In this document: positions 22,851-36,249 of the stretch, piece by piece
Layout: every line of letters starts with the position of its first letter
Numbering within the stretch: the stretch's first letter is position 1
Assembly (NCBI GenBank): GCA_013239625.1
Contig: MU053487.1
Location: forward strand, 1,197,058 to 1,261,057
Length of the DNA stretch: 64,000 bases
Reading direction: 5' to 3'
DNA from: Lama guanicoe
Taxonomy: Eukaryota
The notes under the pieces: generated by a model
What the model was told of the DNA's origin: nothing
Database searches by the model: none
The model's input: only the letters and a program-made list of their open reading frames with translations
Program-made: the position numbers and the translations under genes

Positions 22851-25828
22851 CAGCGCTACCTAGTGGAGCTTGTCTGATGAAGTGGGGCCACACAGAGCTC
22901 AGGAGACTTGTCACTGGCTCACCTTCACCTTCAGTCTCACAGGCTCACCCGCTCATTGCTTTAGCTGATCTCCTTTTGCAAACTAGACCTGCTGTGTATC
23001 ATTTCTTGGTTAAGTTACACAGCAGTCTAATTAATTAATTTATGAAGAAATTTTTCTTTTCCGTTAAGTCTTAAGATAATGGACTTTTAAAGATTGGTCT
23101 ATCTAAAAATTAGCTTCTAAGAAAGACATTAGTATAACTGTAATGAATTGATAGATCTATCAGATTTTCTTATTAAATGTGCTGGGGACTGTTGGATATG
23201 CAGGAAAAAGTACAGAGGACCTCTTCAAAAATTTCTCCTGTGTGACCTTGGGCAAATGCTGTGAACTGTCAGAGACTTAGTACCTCATCTCCCAAATGAA
23301 GCCATTTGGTCTACCTTAACTATAAAATACTCCTTCCCACTTGGAGGTTTTATAACTGTAGCTCTAAAAATAAGGCAGATCCAAGTCCTCAACTAGGACA
23401 CAAGCATTTGGGAAAAAATTCACAAACTCTTAGAAACATAGTTTAGAATTTAGTCTGGTTTATGGACAAAAGAGGTGATAAATAAATGATAAATGATAGC
23501 CTGCTATTGAACTGGCTTTTTTTTCCCTGTGCGCTTGGTTGTTTTTTAAACACCTACAGAAGTCCAATGTGATGAGTCCAGTAACTAAAGGCATTTCTCT
23601 CATGGAAAATATGTATTTCTAAGCTCTACTCAGTGCCTAATGCATTTTTTCATGTACTCAATAAATATTAAGGGATCACTGACTCTTAACTAGAACTGTG
23701 TGCTAGGCACTGTGCAGTGATACAGAAATGAATGAGCCATGAGTCCCTGGATCCACCTGCTTGATAATTATCACTGTGGTTTCATGACTCTGAGAGCAAA
23801 GGAAAGGACTTGGATTTTGGCTCTAAAATGATATATAGTGATAACTAACAGGTGGTTCATTAAACACTCATTCTATAGGGTGTTATAGGTGTTATGTAAG
23901 TTTATTATGTAAATGTGTATGTGTATATACATATTTTTGATATGATAATATTTCTTTTAATCTCCAAAAAAAGATAAAGCATTTAAATATTTTCCAAGTA
24001 AATTGTTTTATTTTTGTGTTTGCTCATTTGGCAGAACATCTCGATGGACACATGTTACATGGGGAAATCTCTAGCATGTGCTTAGTAGGAGCACAAGTGT
24101 AAAAGCAGATGAATTCAACACCCTGCAAAACGTTCAGGCTAAATGCTGAAGAGCCTCATTTAAACAGACGAAGAAACAAGATCAAGAAATAACTGTTTAA
24201 GGTAAGGAGAAATGACTTTTGAATGATTTATTCTTTCAATGATTGGTACCTTAGCTCCCTATGGCTATGGACTAAGTGTTTAGACTCAGGACCCCTACAC
24301 ATAAATTCTTCTCTGAGTGTGTCACTGATAATTCTGTCAGAAAGCAATTTAGTATCATATTATTTTGCTCTATCTGCAAAGCAGACTAGAAATAGACCCA
24401 GAAGATGTCTATTGTATCATGTTTCACATCCATCGTCAAAGTAACTCTAAGTAAAGTCATGGAAAGAACCTGAACTGAGAAGATAGAAGTTATTTGAAAA
24501 ACCTTTAGATTCTGAGGAAAAGCTTTCCTAGCTATGGGCTTTTTATGTTTTCATCCATGATAGCAATCCCTAGGTGTGCCATTGGCCCACGCGATACATA
24601 TAACCCAACATGCAGCTGCAAAGTGCGGGAGGGGCCAGGAGGGGGAGCAGAAGCTAAGATCTTGCAGCCAGGATCCCCCTAAAATCAATGGTAAAATGAT
24701 TAATGCTGATGACATATGGAGAAGTAAACAAGGCCTGACAGAGAACACTGCCAATGGGTACCCGAGGATGAAGAATGAGGACTTCCAGGATAAAGTATAG
24801 AACAATAATCGGGGGAAATCTGCATGTGCAATTTATTAAGCTGGGGAAACTGTAATCTGAGATAAACAGTTTCTCAAATAGAAATTGAAAGTGGTGGGTA
24901 CCAGACAATGATGCTTCAGTGGGTCACTATTATGAGAAAAGAATGAGACTGGATCAGTTCATGTGTCGATTATCCATGGAATTCACAGACACAGGCTATG
25001 GTTTGCAATTAAATAGCCATCCTGTGGTAAAAACTCAGTGATGCTTTTGTTCCTGTGCTTTTCTTTTTCCCTTTTTAAAATTTTTCCTCCCTTGGGAAGT
25101 ACAGGATAGATCTAGGTAACATGACTGTTGAACGCCAGATATTTTAAGCTTTCTCCATAGTTTTTTGGTCCTACAAAGAGTAAGGTATGAAGGATAGACA
25201 CAGGATGGTGTCTGCTTCATTCTGCACAAAATCCTTTTAAATTTTCCAAATCCTGGTCTGGAAATACTTTCCTGTGGAAAATACCAGGAGGGAAAAAAGG
25301 AAAGAAACCCTAGGGACAAATAAAGGATGAGATGGATAATGACAATTTTAAAATTTTGATGTGTTTCCCCCTTCAGAGGTTACATACTCTCATGCTCACT
25401 GTCCATTACAAATATGTCTTGGCCTCTAAATAAATGAGTCAGTGCCATCTGCGTGTGCCACTTCCTCACAGTTTAGCTGTAAATAGATTGATTCATGAAT
25501 AAAATTACACATTTTATATTGCATGAAGTAAATCTGATTATAGTCTTAGCGTCACACAGAACTTTCTTCAGAAAGGAGTTTTAAAAAATTTCTCTGCAGA
25601 ATTTATCAAATAATTATCAAACTCTTTTGTCCCTCCACAAACTATCTAAACATTGAAACCCTTATTCTTCCTGGTACATGTATGATACTTAATACAATTA
25701 AGTTTGTTTACTGTTGTCTCCCCATCTCAGGGAACAGAAAGCAAAAACATACAAAAAGATTCTCTGAGACAAGAATTACATTCTTACTATAATGTCAACT
25801 TTTGCATGATCTTTTAGAAGTGTGGTTT

Positions 25829-26332
25829 TATTACCAAGTTCAGGCTGTTAGTGCTCCCCAGGAAGACAGGTGAATAAACAGAGAAACGAGGTGTTGGGGC
25901 AAGGAATAGTGACCTTATTTGGAAAGCCAGCAGACTGAGAAAATGGTGGACTAGTGTTCCAAAGAACTATCTTACCTGGGCTACAATTCAGGCTTCCTTT
26001 ATCCTAAAAGGAGAAGGGGTGTTGCAGACTCCTGAGTGCTAGGATTCTTTGTCCTTGCTGCTCTGGTCACAATGTTCCTAAGAACAAGACAGTTGTTATT
26101 TTCTGTCTGTAATGTTTTTATCGCTATATGATTAGAACAGTGTTTTACTTTTAAAGCTCAAGCCTGGGAGGCACAGCCTTGAAAATGGGCTATGCTGTAT
26201 GTTTCAGGCTATAGGCAATGCTCTTTTACAAAGGTGCAGGGCCAGCATGACTAAGCACGGGCAACAGAGCACAGAGGTCAGAGCCAAAGGAGTAGATCCA
26301 ATGTGGAGTCCAGTTTGTTCTTCTCTGTTACA
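25829..26332 (-). mobile_element. ERV1-class solo LTR (artiodactyl-type)
   Basis: Termini t(a)ttacc...tgttaca with 4-bp TSD GTTT (25825-25828 and 26333-26336); gaggtgttggggcaaggaatagtgacc...ggaaagccagcagactgaga is typical of artiodactyl ERV1 LTRs. Confidence 0.85.
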
Positions 26333-26599
26333 GTTTTATTATCAGGTGTTAATGTATCTTGAGTTAGTGAATGATACCAGAGGAAACTACTAAGGGTAGG
26401 GTGTTCAGTAGTCTGAACCACTGCCTTCCGCACGTCCCCACACCTTCCCACACTGACCACCATCAGGGCTGCTCTGTTGGGAATACTGTCGCGCTGAGCA
26501 AACCCATTGGTCTTGACTGCAGCATAGTATAGCATTAGGTTTCAAAAGCTTGAAAAACATGGTGGATAAAAAGGAAGCATGTATCTTTGCCAGTTCGCT

Positions 26600-26755
26600 C
26601 TCTTTCTGAGTTCATGACTTAGAGTCTAAGTTTCGTCATCTGCAAATGAGACAACCCTTTTTTTCTCTAAAGAGTTTTTTGAAAATTAAGGAGTCAGAGC
26701 ATTTACACATGCTTACTCTAGGACCTGGGACAGAGTAACTGGTTAGTAGCTGTTG
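26600..26755 (+). mobile_element. MIR
   Basis: agtttcgtcatctgcaaatgaga...cctgggacagagtaa. Confidence 0.55.
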
Positions 26756-28489
26756 CTTGACTTAATGTCTACAGGAAAATTTGGTATCACTGGCCAACAT
26801 GGTTATTCTTTAAAACATCTTTGTTTCATTTTACAAGTGGCAAAATTATGTCATAGGAAAATTGGTAGATGGAAAATAATACCAAAAAAAGCCCCTTGTG
26901 ATATATTCCATAACACATATAAATTTCTAGAGCATTTTTTCTAGTCTTTCTTTATTATTGCATGTTGTTTCATTTCTTCTTGGTAATCATTCTGTATACA
27001 CAATTGGCATACTCCTTTTTCATACTGTTTTCTGTATTATTTCATAACCACAAAATTTTAATACCCATAGAAAACTTCATACCAGGAAAATACATTCAAT
27101 ATTTTAAAATTTTTCTTATTTTTGAAATTTCAAAACCTTATGTAAAACAAATGCACTTGTAACAATTACCCTTATGTGTCAATTAAAATGCATTATTAAT
27201 TTACTCTGTGCATGGAGTATTATATCACATCCTTACTACAGAACTTTGTTTTTTAGTTTATCTTTTCAGCATGGGGCAATTACTAAGTTACCTAGAGTTC
27301 AAAATATGTTATGTTTGAAATATCTTTCAGCTAGTACAAATGCTATATACCAAAAAGATAGCAGAGTCCCAGATACACTAACAAATGCATTGTATATGGA
27401 AAAGTTGGATTTTTCCTAGAATAACAGACTCATCAGCCTGGTTATCTGAAAACGTAAACCAATCAAAAATAGTTGCTGAGTACAGTATATTTTCTAGCAG
27501 ATTTTTTTCCTTGATAAAAGGTTTTGAGAAATCTTTTGATCAAAGAAAATTTTATTTCTCCTCCTGTTCTTGTTATACACTAATCGTTGAAGAAATTCTT
27601 CATCTAAGATCCATAGACCATGCTAGGGCCAGGAGGGAGTTATGAATGGACATTGCTTAAAATTATGTGCCAAATCTAGGATTTTTAGACCCATGTGTAT
27701 TGGTCTTGGGAGAGGAACTGGACTTTCTTCATAGGATTTAGTGCTGAATTTGGTGATATCTCAGTTTTCTTCCAACTATAAAGGAGTGTGGTTTTTAATG
27801 GTCTACTGGCTCACTCTTGTGATTGGAAATCCTTGCTCCCATGCTGAGCCCAGTCCTACTTTTCCATTTCCCTCTAAATCCTGCAGGAAAAGAATTGAGT
27901 AGGCTGCAGGAGGAGAATCTGAGTATGGAAATGACAGCTGGTGGCATCTCCCTCATATCATTAAGATATAAATGAGAGGGGTTTGAAGTGGGCTGCTGGA
28001 AAACCAATAAACAAACCCCAAACCAATTTGTTCCCCAGTGGCAGAATGTCCAGGTCACACGCTGCTGTTTGGTTTCCCCTTCCTTAAACAACAACAGTGT
28101 GGTTCTCTTTGGAGGGGTTCACAGATTCTGAAAATGGAGGGAACGTGCCTAGTTATCCAACCTTGTGTTCTCTTCTTTAAACTCACAAATAGCCTTCAAA
28201 TGTTCTACCACTCAGAGAATTGAACCCAGACCAACACATTGAAAATACTCCACATTTCGTGTCCTCTGTTTTTTAACATATTAATATCCGTGCATGTACC
28301 TGAATTCTTTCATGTCTTTTCTGTTTCATAGGATTAAAAATGTTTAAATTCCTGAGTACAGAAGGCTGTTTTCTAAAAGTCAGAGATTTTGTGCTATATT
28401 TCTAGAATGTACAATCAGATCCAGGGAACATCAATTTTTATTTTGGTGCCTAAAATTTCTAAAACTTTTCAAAAAAAAAAAAAAACCTA

Positions 28490-28700
28490 ACTCATGCATG
28501 CCAGTGGTGTGCCAGGGGCTGAGCTAAGAGGATTACTTACATTCCTTCATTTAATCCTCATGGCAAATGGAAGAGGCTGCTATTTTCAACTTTATTTTAT
28601 TTATGGGAAAGCAGTCCCAGAGATATTAGGTAACTTGCCAGAAACTGCAAAGCTAGTACATGGCCAAACAGGGTTACATCCAGGTTTTTCTGCTTCTATT
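28490..28700 (-). mobile_element. MIR
   Basis: tgtgccaggggctgagctaag...tcatttaatcctca...aggtaacttgcc...gctagtacatggc. Confidence 0.7.
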
Positions 28701-29615
28701 ATCTTTACTTTTTCCAAACCTTGCCTTTTCCTTAGAGGGACTAGAGATTCTTTTACGATCACATCAGAAAATGCACATGCTGGTGTGCTCCATGGAAATT
28801 GAACTGGCAAAGACTGGGGTGGTTACGCTAGTCTCCATCAAGGCTGGAAAGATGCTGCTAAGATCAATCCAACGTGGGGATGTGGAGAAAAGCAATGGCC
28901 TTGAGGGTCTTCGAAGTAATGCTTTCACTACCTGACAGGGGGCCGTGAGCTATGCAAATGAACTCTCTTAAGAGAATCATACCATCTCTGTCGGCAAAAA
29001 TGGATCTACTCAGATACAAGGTTTGTTATTACTTCAAATTTGGACCTGGCCGTGCTTTCATTTCTCTAAAACATCCCTCCAAAGTGAGAACTCATTCACT
29101 CTTAATGATTCTCCTATAAATTTGTTTATGGTTGATTTCAGCTGTAGGGTGTCAACCAGGACATGGAGATTTAATGAACACGGATATGCCAAATCCTCTG
29201 TTCCAGGGGGGAAATTAGGCATTTTGTCCAAGACCGTTTACTAAGTGTACTCTGTATAATGAGCTCTGCACTGTAACAATTTGAGCACGTGTCCCGTTTG
29301 GTGTAGAGAAGAGCTGTATCAGAGTCGACGGCTGACCACCGTTGCTTTTACAGCGGTGCTGCTGGAGCTGTACTATAACACGCCATCAGAACAGCCTGGC
29401 ACCAGACTCCCTTTTGTCAAAGCTAAATTAAGGGCTCTGCTTTTATTCTTATGGGATGTTGGAGAAACTAAAGAGAGGTCTTCTTATTCTTTTCCTTCTT
29501 CCTCCTTCCCTTCACTCTCTCTTATTCTCTCACACGCTCTCATTCTTTCTCTTCTTTCTAAACAAACATGTGTTCGAACATATTAGGGATGGGTGGCGGC
29601 AAAGATGATCTAGTC

Positions 29616-29910
29616 CAGGGGATGACACTCTTTCTATAAAAGGTCAGACAGCAAATATTCTAGACATGATGGGCCATATGGTCCCTGTTCCAAACACTCA
29701 GCTCTATTGTTATAGTATAAATGCAGCCACAGACAATACTTGAACCGAGGAGCAGGGCTGTATCCCAAGAAAGCTTCTTTTATGGATATAGAAATTTGAA
29801 ATTCATGTAACTTTCACACATCAAGAAATACTTTTCTACTTTTGATTTTTTTAACAATTTAAACATATAAAAATTTCTTAGCTCACAGGCCTTACGTAAA
29901 CAGGCACTAG
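29616..29910. mobile_element. MER58B (hAT-Charlie)
   Basis: ttctataaaaggtcagacagcaaatatt...gggccatatggtc...gcagccacagacaatac...gaaatttgaaattcatgtaactttcaca...ttcttagctcacaggcc. Confidence 0.85.
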
Positions 29911-30151
29911 AGTAAGTTTCTGTCAAAGGTCAGTTCAGTGCTGGTGTCTGCCTGACTCCTCTGCGTGCTAATAAATTTGGCATCCCGTGTTTCCCTCAAA
30001 GACATTGCCTCTGCCCAAAAGAGCTCTTCCTCAGTTTCTATTCCATGTTTAAAATCCTTAGGGTTGTCTTTTACCTGCTGACAATTCAGACTCTTTCAGT
30101 CTTTAAGACTACTCAAATGACTCTTTGTTCATGAAATCTCTTCTTACTGTC

Positions 30152-30520
30152 TGTATTAGTTTGCTAAGGCTGACGTAAGAAAATACCACTGACTGAAAGC
30201 CTTAAATGACAGAAACTTATTTATCACAGTTCTGGAGGCTAGAAGTCCAAGATCAAGGTGTCAGGGAGTTGGTTTCTCCTGAGGCCAATTTTCTTGGCTT
30301 ACAGATGGCTACCTCCTCACTGTGACATTACGTGGTCTTCTTCCTGGCTCATGTGTCCTCCTCTTCTTGTAAGGACACTAGTCCTAGTGATTGAGGGCCC
30401 CACCCTATGACGTCATTTAACCTTAACTACCTCCTCAAAAGCCCCGTATCCAAATAAAGTCCCACTGGGAGTTAGAGTGTCAACATGTAAATTTTGAGTA
30501 GACACAGTTCAATCCATTGC
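30152..30520 (-). mobile_element. MLT1A/B-type solo LTR
   Basis: tgtattagtttgctaaggctg...cacagttctggaggctagaagtccaagatcaaggtgtcag...tcatttaaccttaactacctc...gacacagttcaatcca. Confidence 0.9.
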
Positions 30521-30529
30521 TCCTTTGAT

Positions 30530-30718
30530 CAGATGTGCAAAACCTACAGGGAACCAAAAACTCACTAATCAAGATAAATAATGTTTTCAGGCCATTTAAA
30601 AAAAATCAATGCAAAAGATGAATGATTTTTAAAAAATCAAGATTTGGAATAAAGACAGGTTGTGTGTTGCTGATTTTTCCTTTTGCCTCAGGCTTCAATG
30701 TGGCTCAGCATGTCACAA
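30530..30718 (+). mobile_element. hAT-Tip100 non-autonomous element (ORSL-like)
   Basis: aaaaactcactaatcaagataaataat...aataaagacagg...ctgatttttccttttgcctcaggcttcaatgtggctcagca. Confidence 0.6.
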
Positions 30719-30774
30719 ATTTCTTCTTTTTTGCTCCTCCAGCCTGTCCTTCTTTTTGGTCCCCTTTTCCTTTA

Positions 30775-30900
30775 TAACATGTGGCTTCCTGTTTCTTGAT
30801 TGTGAATTTTTTGAAAGCAGGCACTATATTTCACGACTATATCCATCTCCCCGGTTTCTGGTATACCACATGGCATGTAGAAGGTGCACACTAACTGATT
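30775..30900 (+). mobile_element. L2 3' fragment
   Basis: gattgtgaattttttgaaagcaggcactat...catggcatgtagaaggtgc. Confidence 0.55.
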
Positions 30901-33084
30901 GTCGGTTCAGATGCAGCCACTAAATGCTTTTAAAATGTGTGCCCTCTGATGAAGCATCGTGGGGTTAATGAGGCATATTATTTGGATCATTTTTCTTTAA
31001 TCAGAAATGCGTAAATGAAGAAGCTGCAATGACATTTTCTCGTCATCTTTATAATGAGGAAGCCTTGAGAAGCTTGAAGAAAATGGAAGAGGGTTCAGGC
31101 AGTGTGGTAAAGGATGGAATGGGCCTGAAGTGAGGTGGGAGAGAGGAAGAGCATTATCTTTCTGAGGAATCTCCTGTGCTGCAGGTCGGACAGGAGGCTT
31201 GTCATATGGGATACCTCCTTAAACTTTGCACCTTTAGTTTAAATTTGTAAGTGAGAAAACAAAGGAGCAGAGAAGTTAAGTAACATATAGTCCACAGCCA
31301 ATGAGTGCATTAGAGAGGATCTGAATCACACTGAATCCCATAAGAGCTACTTCCATAAAATTGTATTTGGCTACACATTAGGGAATAGACATTATTCTTC
31401 TCTGAAGGGATTTACATTTACATAAGAGAATAGCACAGAGAGGTGCAAATCATTAATGGCTTCAGGGTTTGGGAACAGAATGGTCTCTGAAATCAGCCAT
31501 ACTGCTCTTTCAAGTTTCTCCTATCAGGTAGTTAGCAGCTTGAGAATAAGTGGTGTTTTACTCAACCGTGTTTTTGCCAGGGTGTCCTGGGTTATGATGA
31601 ATGAATGTTTGAGAGTTCCATTGCAGTCACACATGGGCTGGAGGAAGCAGAGGGCCTACCAGTTTCCCAGGTTAACACGGTGTGCCCACCCTTTGGATGT
31701 GCTCAGCCATGGGATAGTGTGAAGGACATCCTGCTCTTGCTCATGGTTCTTAAAGAATTTATGGCTTTTTCTTCCCAAAACTATAGTAATATTTTTGTAA
31801 TTCCATCCTTGGCATCCATCCACTAGAGACCCTGTGTTTGTTCTTTTGCCACCCTGGACTTATCTTTTAGAAACATTCTCTTACTTCAGCCTCCCTAATA
31901 TCTTCCCAGCACTATTATTCGGGAATCTATTTTCCCTGGTCTTTGTTTCCTTTTCTACACCAGGAGTCTTCCCAGTGTTGACAGGCAAGTGTTAACATGT
32001 GTTAGCATGTGTTAACCCGCCCAATGCTTTCTTCTAAGACTATGTTCTTAGAACTCCTGATCCTCGTTTCCCACATGAGGGGGGTGATGAGACAGGGAGA
32101 TCTAGGAGATCTGAAGGCACCCCCTGTTGTGACCTTGAAGATTATATGATTGCCCAGCAATCATCACCCCTCACTCAGGTTGTATGTTTTCATGCCCGAC
32201 GTGTTCCCCAGTGATTCATAAGTGAGAATGATAGGCTTCCCCATGTGACCACAAGAAGCAGTGGAAACTTTAAAACTGGGGGAGAGCCCATGATTTGCTT
32301 AAATATTGAGAAAGAGGCAGCTGAACAAAAGAGGTAACTTTTGGGGTCCCCATTTTCCTTCTGCCTATAAGAATAGAGGAAGCTGGAATGTGGAGGCAAA
32401 GAACACTGTTCTCAGAGCCGGAAGATCGGGGACATTTCCCAGCTAGGCTGCTCATTGTCTATGCAACTCAACATCTAGCAAGTTACTTTGTGTTTCTTTA
32501 TCAGTATGTGGGTGATAATAACATTCTCATTTCAGGATTGATGAGGATTTTAGAGGAGATCCTGATGAAGTTTAAGCTGCAGGGCCTCTCACTTGCATAG
32601 ACCCTGTAACCCATTTTGTACTTAAAATTGTACATATATTTATTTTTTATATGTATTTTTAATATATAAGTTTGAGGCCCAATAAAATCTGGATCCATGC
32701 TTGTTTTAATATTTCTCATTGTAAAACACTTCTAATATCTGATATTAGGAGAATATAATATCTTAAAGCAAGAAATGATATACTTCTTTTTTTTTAACTA
32801 ACTTTAACATAACAAAAGCACATGAGGTAGAAGGGAAGGCAGATGTTTACTTAGAAATCTAACATCATGACGGAAATTATATCTATTTATTCCAATCACA
32901 TCACAGTCTGTGTGTATGTATACATAAAGTGTCTTGTCTTCAATTGTTGCCATAATGTGTTTACATTTCAGCTTTTATTGTGATCTCCCTGATGAAATAG
33001 CTGGCGTAGATTTGAACACAAGAGAAGTTAGCTCTGTATGTGAATAGAAACTCTCCTTTCATTTGAATAATGAATTAGTAATAT

Positions 33085-33330
33085 GTCTAACATTTACTGA
33101 GCACTTACCATATGACAGGGATTGCTCCAAGCCCTTGAACAATGTTAACTCACTTAATCCCCTGAAGTACTTTGAGAGCTAGAGTCTGTCACTGTTTTGA
33201 ATACAGTGAGGGCAAAACTGAGGTGCAGAGTAGTTAAGCCCCTCCTCTTGACTCACACAGCTATTGAGTAAAGAAGCCAGGCCTGAAAGAAGGATGTCCT
33301 ACTATAGAGGCTGTGTCCTCAGCTGCCATG
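33085..33330 (-). mobile_element. MIR
   Basis: taacatttactgagcacttacca...aactcacttaatcc...aaactgaggtgcagag...tcacacagcta. Confidence 0.85.
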
Positions 33331-33686
33331 ATAAGCCTCTGTAAGTAAAGAGAAGACACATTATAAAGATAAGGAAGATTAATAGATTTGTAGGTGGGAA
33401 GAGGTAGCACTTCTATGTTATGAAATGGACATTAAAAAATAAATAACTTGGCTTTTAATTAAAGAATGATGCCAAGTCAGTAGTTAAGAGTACCCTGGGG
33501 CAAGGAGAAGATATAAAGTCTTCATCTTGGAGAAAGGAAAAGTGAATTTATTAGAGAAACATAGTAAGACTTTGGGGTAGTGCTAGTTTGAGATCTGTCG
33601 CTATAAATGTAAAAAATGATCAGTCAGCGCCATTTTGGGATTTTCTCCAACAGCTTTTAGCCTCTTGAGTTTCTGTCCTAGGCAGG

Positions 33687-34202
33687 TTTATTAGTCAGTG
33701 TTCTCTAGGGAAATAGAACCAACAGGTTATATACAGATACATGTGAGAGGAGATTTAGTATAGGATTTGGCTCACATGATTACAGAGGCCAAGAAGTCCG
33801 ATGATCTGCCATCTACAATCTAGTGAACTAGGAAAGCCAGTGGTATAATTCCACTTCAAGTCTGAAGCCTGAGAAATTGAGGGGGTGATGGTGTAAGTCC
33901 TAGTCTAAGTCCAAAAGCCTGAGAACCAGGAGTGCAAATATTAAAAAGCTAAGGAAGATGGATGCCTCAGCTCAAGCAGACAAAGTGAGATCATCCTTCC
34001 TCTCCCTGTTTGTTCTGTTAAGGCCCTCAAAGGATTGGCTGATATTCACTGGCATTAATGAGGGTGATCGTTACTCAGTCTGCTGATAAAAATTCTAATC
34101 TCTTCTGAAGACACCCTCAAAGACATATCTACAAGTAACATTTTACTAGCTATCTGGGTAACCCTCAGCCAAGTCAAAGTGATACGTTGATTAACCATCA
34201 CA
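33687..34202 (-). mobile_element. MLT2B-type ERVL solo LTR
   Basis: tattagtcagtgttctctagggaaatagaaccaacagg...ttggctcacatgattacagaggccaagaagtcc...attaaccatcaca; perfect 5-bp TSD GCAGG at 33682-33686 and 34203-34207. Confidence 0.92.
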
Positions 34203-34759
34203 GCAGGCATATGAGTTTTATTTGTAGTTGGTTACTACCTAGTAAGTAAGTCAGGATGGACTCAAGGGAAGGGGAATAAAGAGTGTGTGCGAGTTACTGG
34301 TTATAGTTCTGGACCATGGACGTTGCACTGGACAAGGAGAAATGTGAGGGCGTGGCAGGGTGAGCATGGTTCCAAAGTGGATGGAGAATGAATGGAATAG
34401 AGGACTAAGTGAGCTGGCATGATGAGATACTGGTCTGAAATTAGAATTCTAGATTTCAGGGTTTTAGAAGAAGTGATGCTGTATTGTTGGTTAAAAAAAA
34501 TCTAGGTTTGGACTATTAGGGTAAGGGACTTACATAGAAATTTTTGAAGAGAACGATGCTTTTCAGGAGGGCAAGGAACTGAAAAGTTAGGGCTTCTGAA
34601 GTGATCAGAAATGATGGGAGGAGTAGTTGGTGGTGAGAAAGTTAGCCAGTTTGTAATGCCATCAAGGGATCGAAGGGAAGTGATGACAATAGGTCAACTG
34701 TCGGAATGACTTGTGAAGTTTCAAAGGAAGAAGGTAGAACAGTGATCTAGCATAGAATG

Positions 34760-34980
34760 ATCTTGGAAAACTAGAACTGTGGGCCAAATCCTGCTCCTCA
34801 CCTGTGTTTGCAGTAAAGTTTTACTGAAACATAGCCAAACCCATCCATTGATGCATTGTCTGTAGCTGCTTCGGAGCCACCATGGCAGAGTTGAAGAGCT
34901 GCAACAGACCTTATCTCTTACAAAGCTAAAAATCTTTGCTATTTGTATGATTACAGAAAACATTTGCTAACTTCTGACCT
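34760..34980 (+). mobile_element. MER58A
   Basis: gtgggccaaatcc...taaagttttactgaaacatagcca...atggcagagttga...caaagctaaaaat...acagaaaacatttgctaac. Confidence 0.88.
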
Positions 34981-35124
34981 AAAAGTACTGTTAGGAATAT
35001 CTACTGCACATTTAGCTCCAAGATACGTGTGATGTTGGATGGAAAAAAAATACTTTAGATTTGAGAGAACTGCTGGAAAGCAGCATTCAAAGAGTGCCTT
35101 CAAGTTTCCTTACAATGAGGTATT

Positions 35125-35630
35125 GTACGGAAAGTTCAGAGTAGAGGCTGGGAGTTAAATCAGTTAGGATTTTCTCCATATGACAAAGTCTAAAGATAGA
35201 CAGCTCCTGACGCGGCTTCACACATCTGCTAGTGTCCTTGTGACCCAGGATATCTTCTGCTTTTCTCCTCTGCCATCCTTGGCACGTTGGTTTTTGGACC
35301 TTAGGCTTTTCACTGCATTGTCTCAGTATTAAAACAGCATTCAAATCCAGGAAGTTAGAGGTGGCCTTTCCCGGGTGGTTCCTGCTTTCCATCAGTGAAA
35401 TAAATTCTCCAGAACTTCTTAGAAGGCTTCCCTTATTAAATCAATGGTTAGAATTGTGTCAATTGGACACACCTTGCTGAAATGAATGCCGATAAATCAA
35501 GTATGTGGCAAAGATGAAGGGGAATGCCATGACTGACTCAGCCCAGTAAGGATTTGTTGATGTCCTGAACAAAAATGGGCGTTTGACAGCAATTTAAAAG
35601 ATAGAGTGAATAGGATCCATGTGTGTGCCG
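35125..35630 (-). mobile_element. MLT1J-like LTR
   Basis: gcattcaaatccagg...ttcccttatt...aatggttagaattgtgtc...ggaatgccatgactgact; diverged. Confidence 0.45.
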
Positions 35631-36249
35631 CAGACTTTAGAGGACCTTCCTATCCTTTCATACTCTGACTTTTAGAAAGCACACGAGAGACTGGGCAAAA
35701 TGGACAGGGATGACAGGAGTGGTCAGATCCTTGAACATATAAAGCCTTATGAGGCTAAAAATCCAGATGATGGTTGATGACTCGGGTGGTTGAGGTTAGC
35801 GGCACCGACTAACATAGCAGGGGTGTACAGTGTGATGGGACTGATCCAGGTAGACTCACAGATGATGGCAGACAATCAATCTAAATTTTAGGCTAAAGCA
35901 GTGCTCCCCAAAGAGTGGGCAGATTTGTTGCTTAACCACAATGAGATAAATACAGGAAGTGAGACATTAACATTTAGAATCTTGGAGCAGTTGGACGCTG
36001 CTGGACATTTTGATTGTATTTCTCGAAAGTATTGATCTGCAGTAGATTCAAAGGAACAATAAACAACAACAAGTAAACAAAAACCCCGCTGTTCCTTGTT
36101 CCTTTACCATAAGAGTTTGAGAAGCCTAGCTTATGTAGGGTCTTTTGTGTCATCTGCAGGTGAACAAAAATCTCTTCAGAAAAAGGCCGTCTCATATTCA
36201 AATATGTCATCCTATAGTTCTACCTTCTGACGTTTGAAATAATTCATAC

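Noticed and set aside
24576..24800. Hydrophilic 74-aa ORF
   Set aside because: GTG start, no recognisable homology and no convincing flanking splice sites
32084..32170. Box C motif (GTGATGA) suggesting a C/D snoRNA
   Set aside because: No terminal box D (CTGA) next to the closing stem; the C box is itself sequestered in the stem
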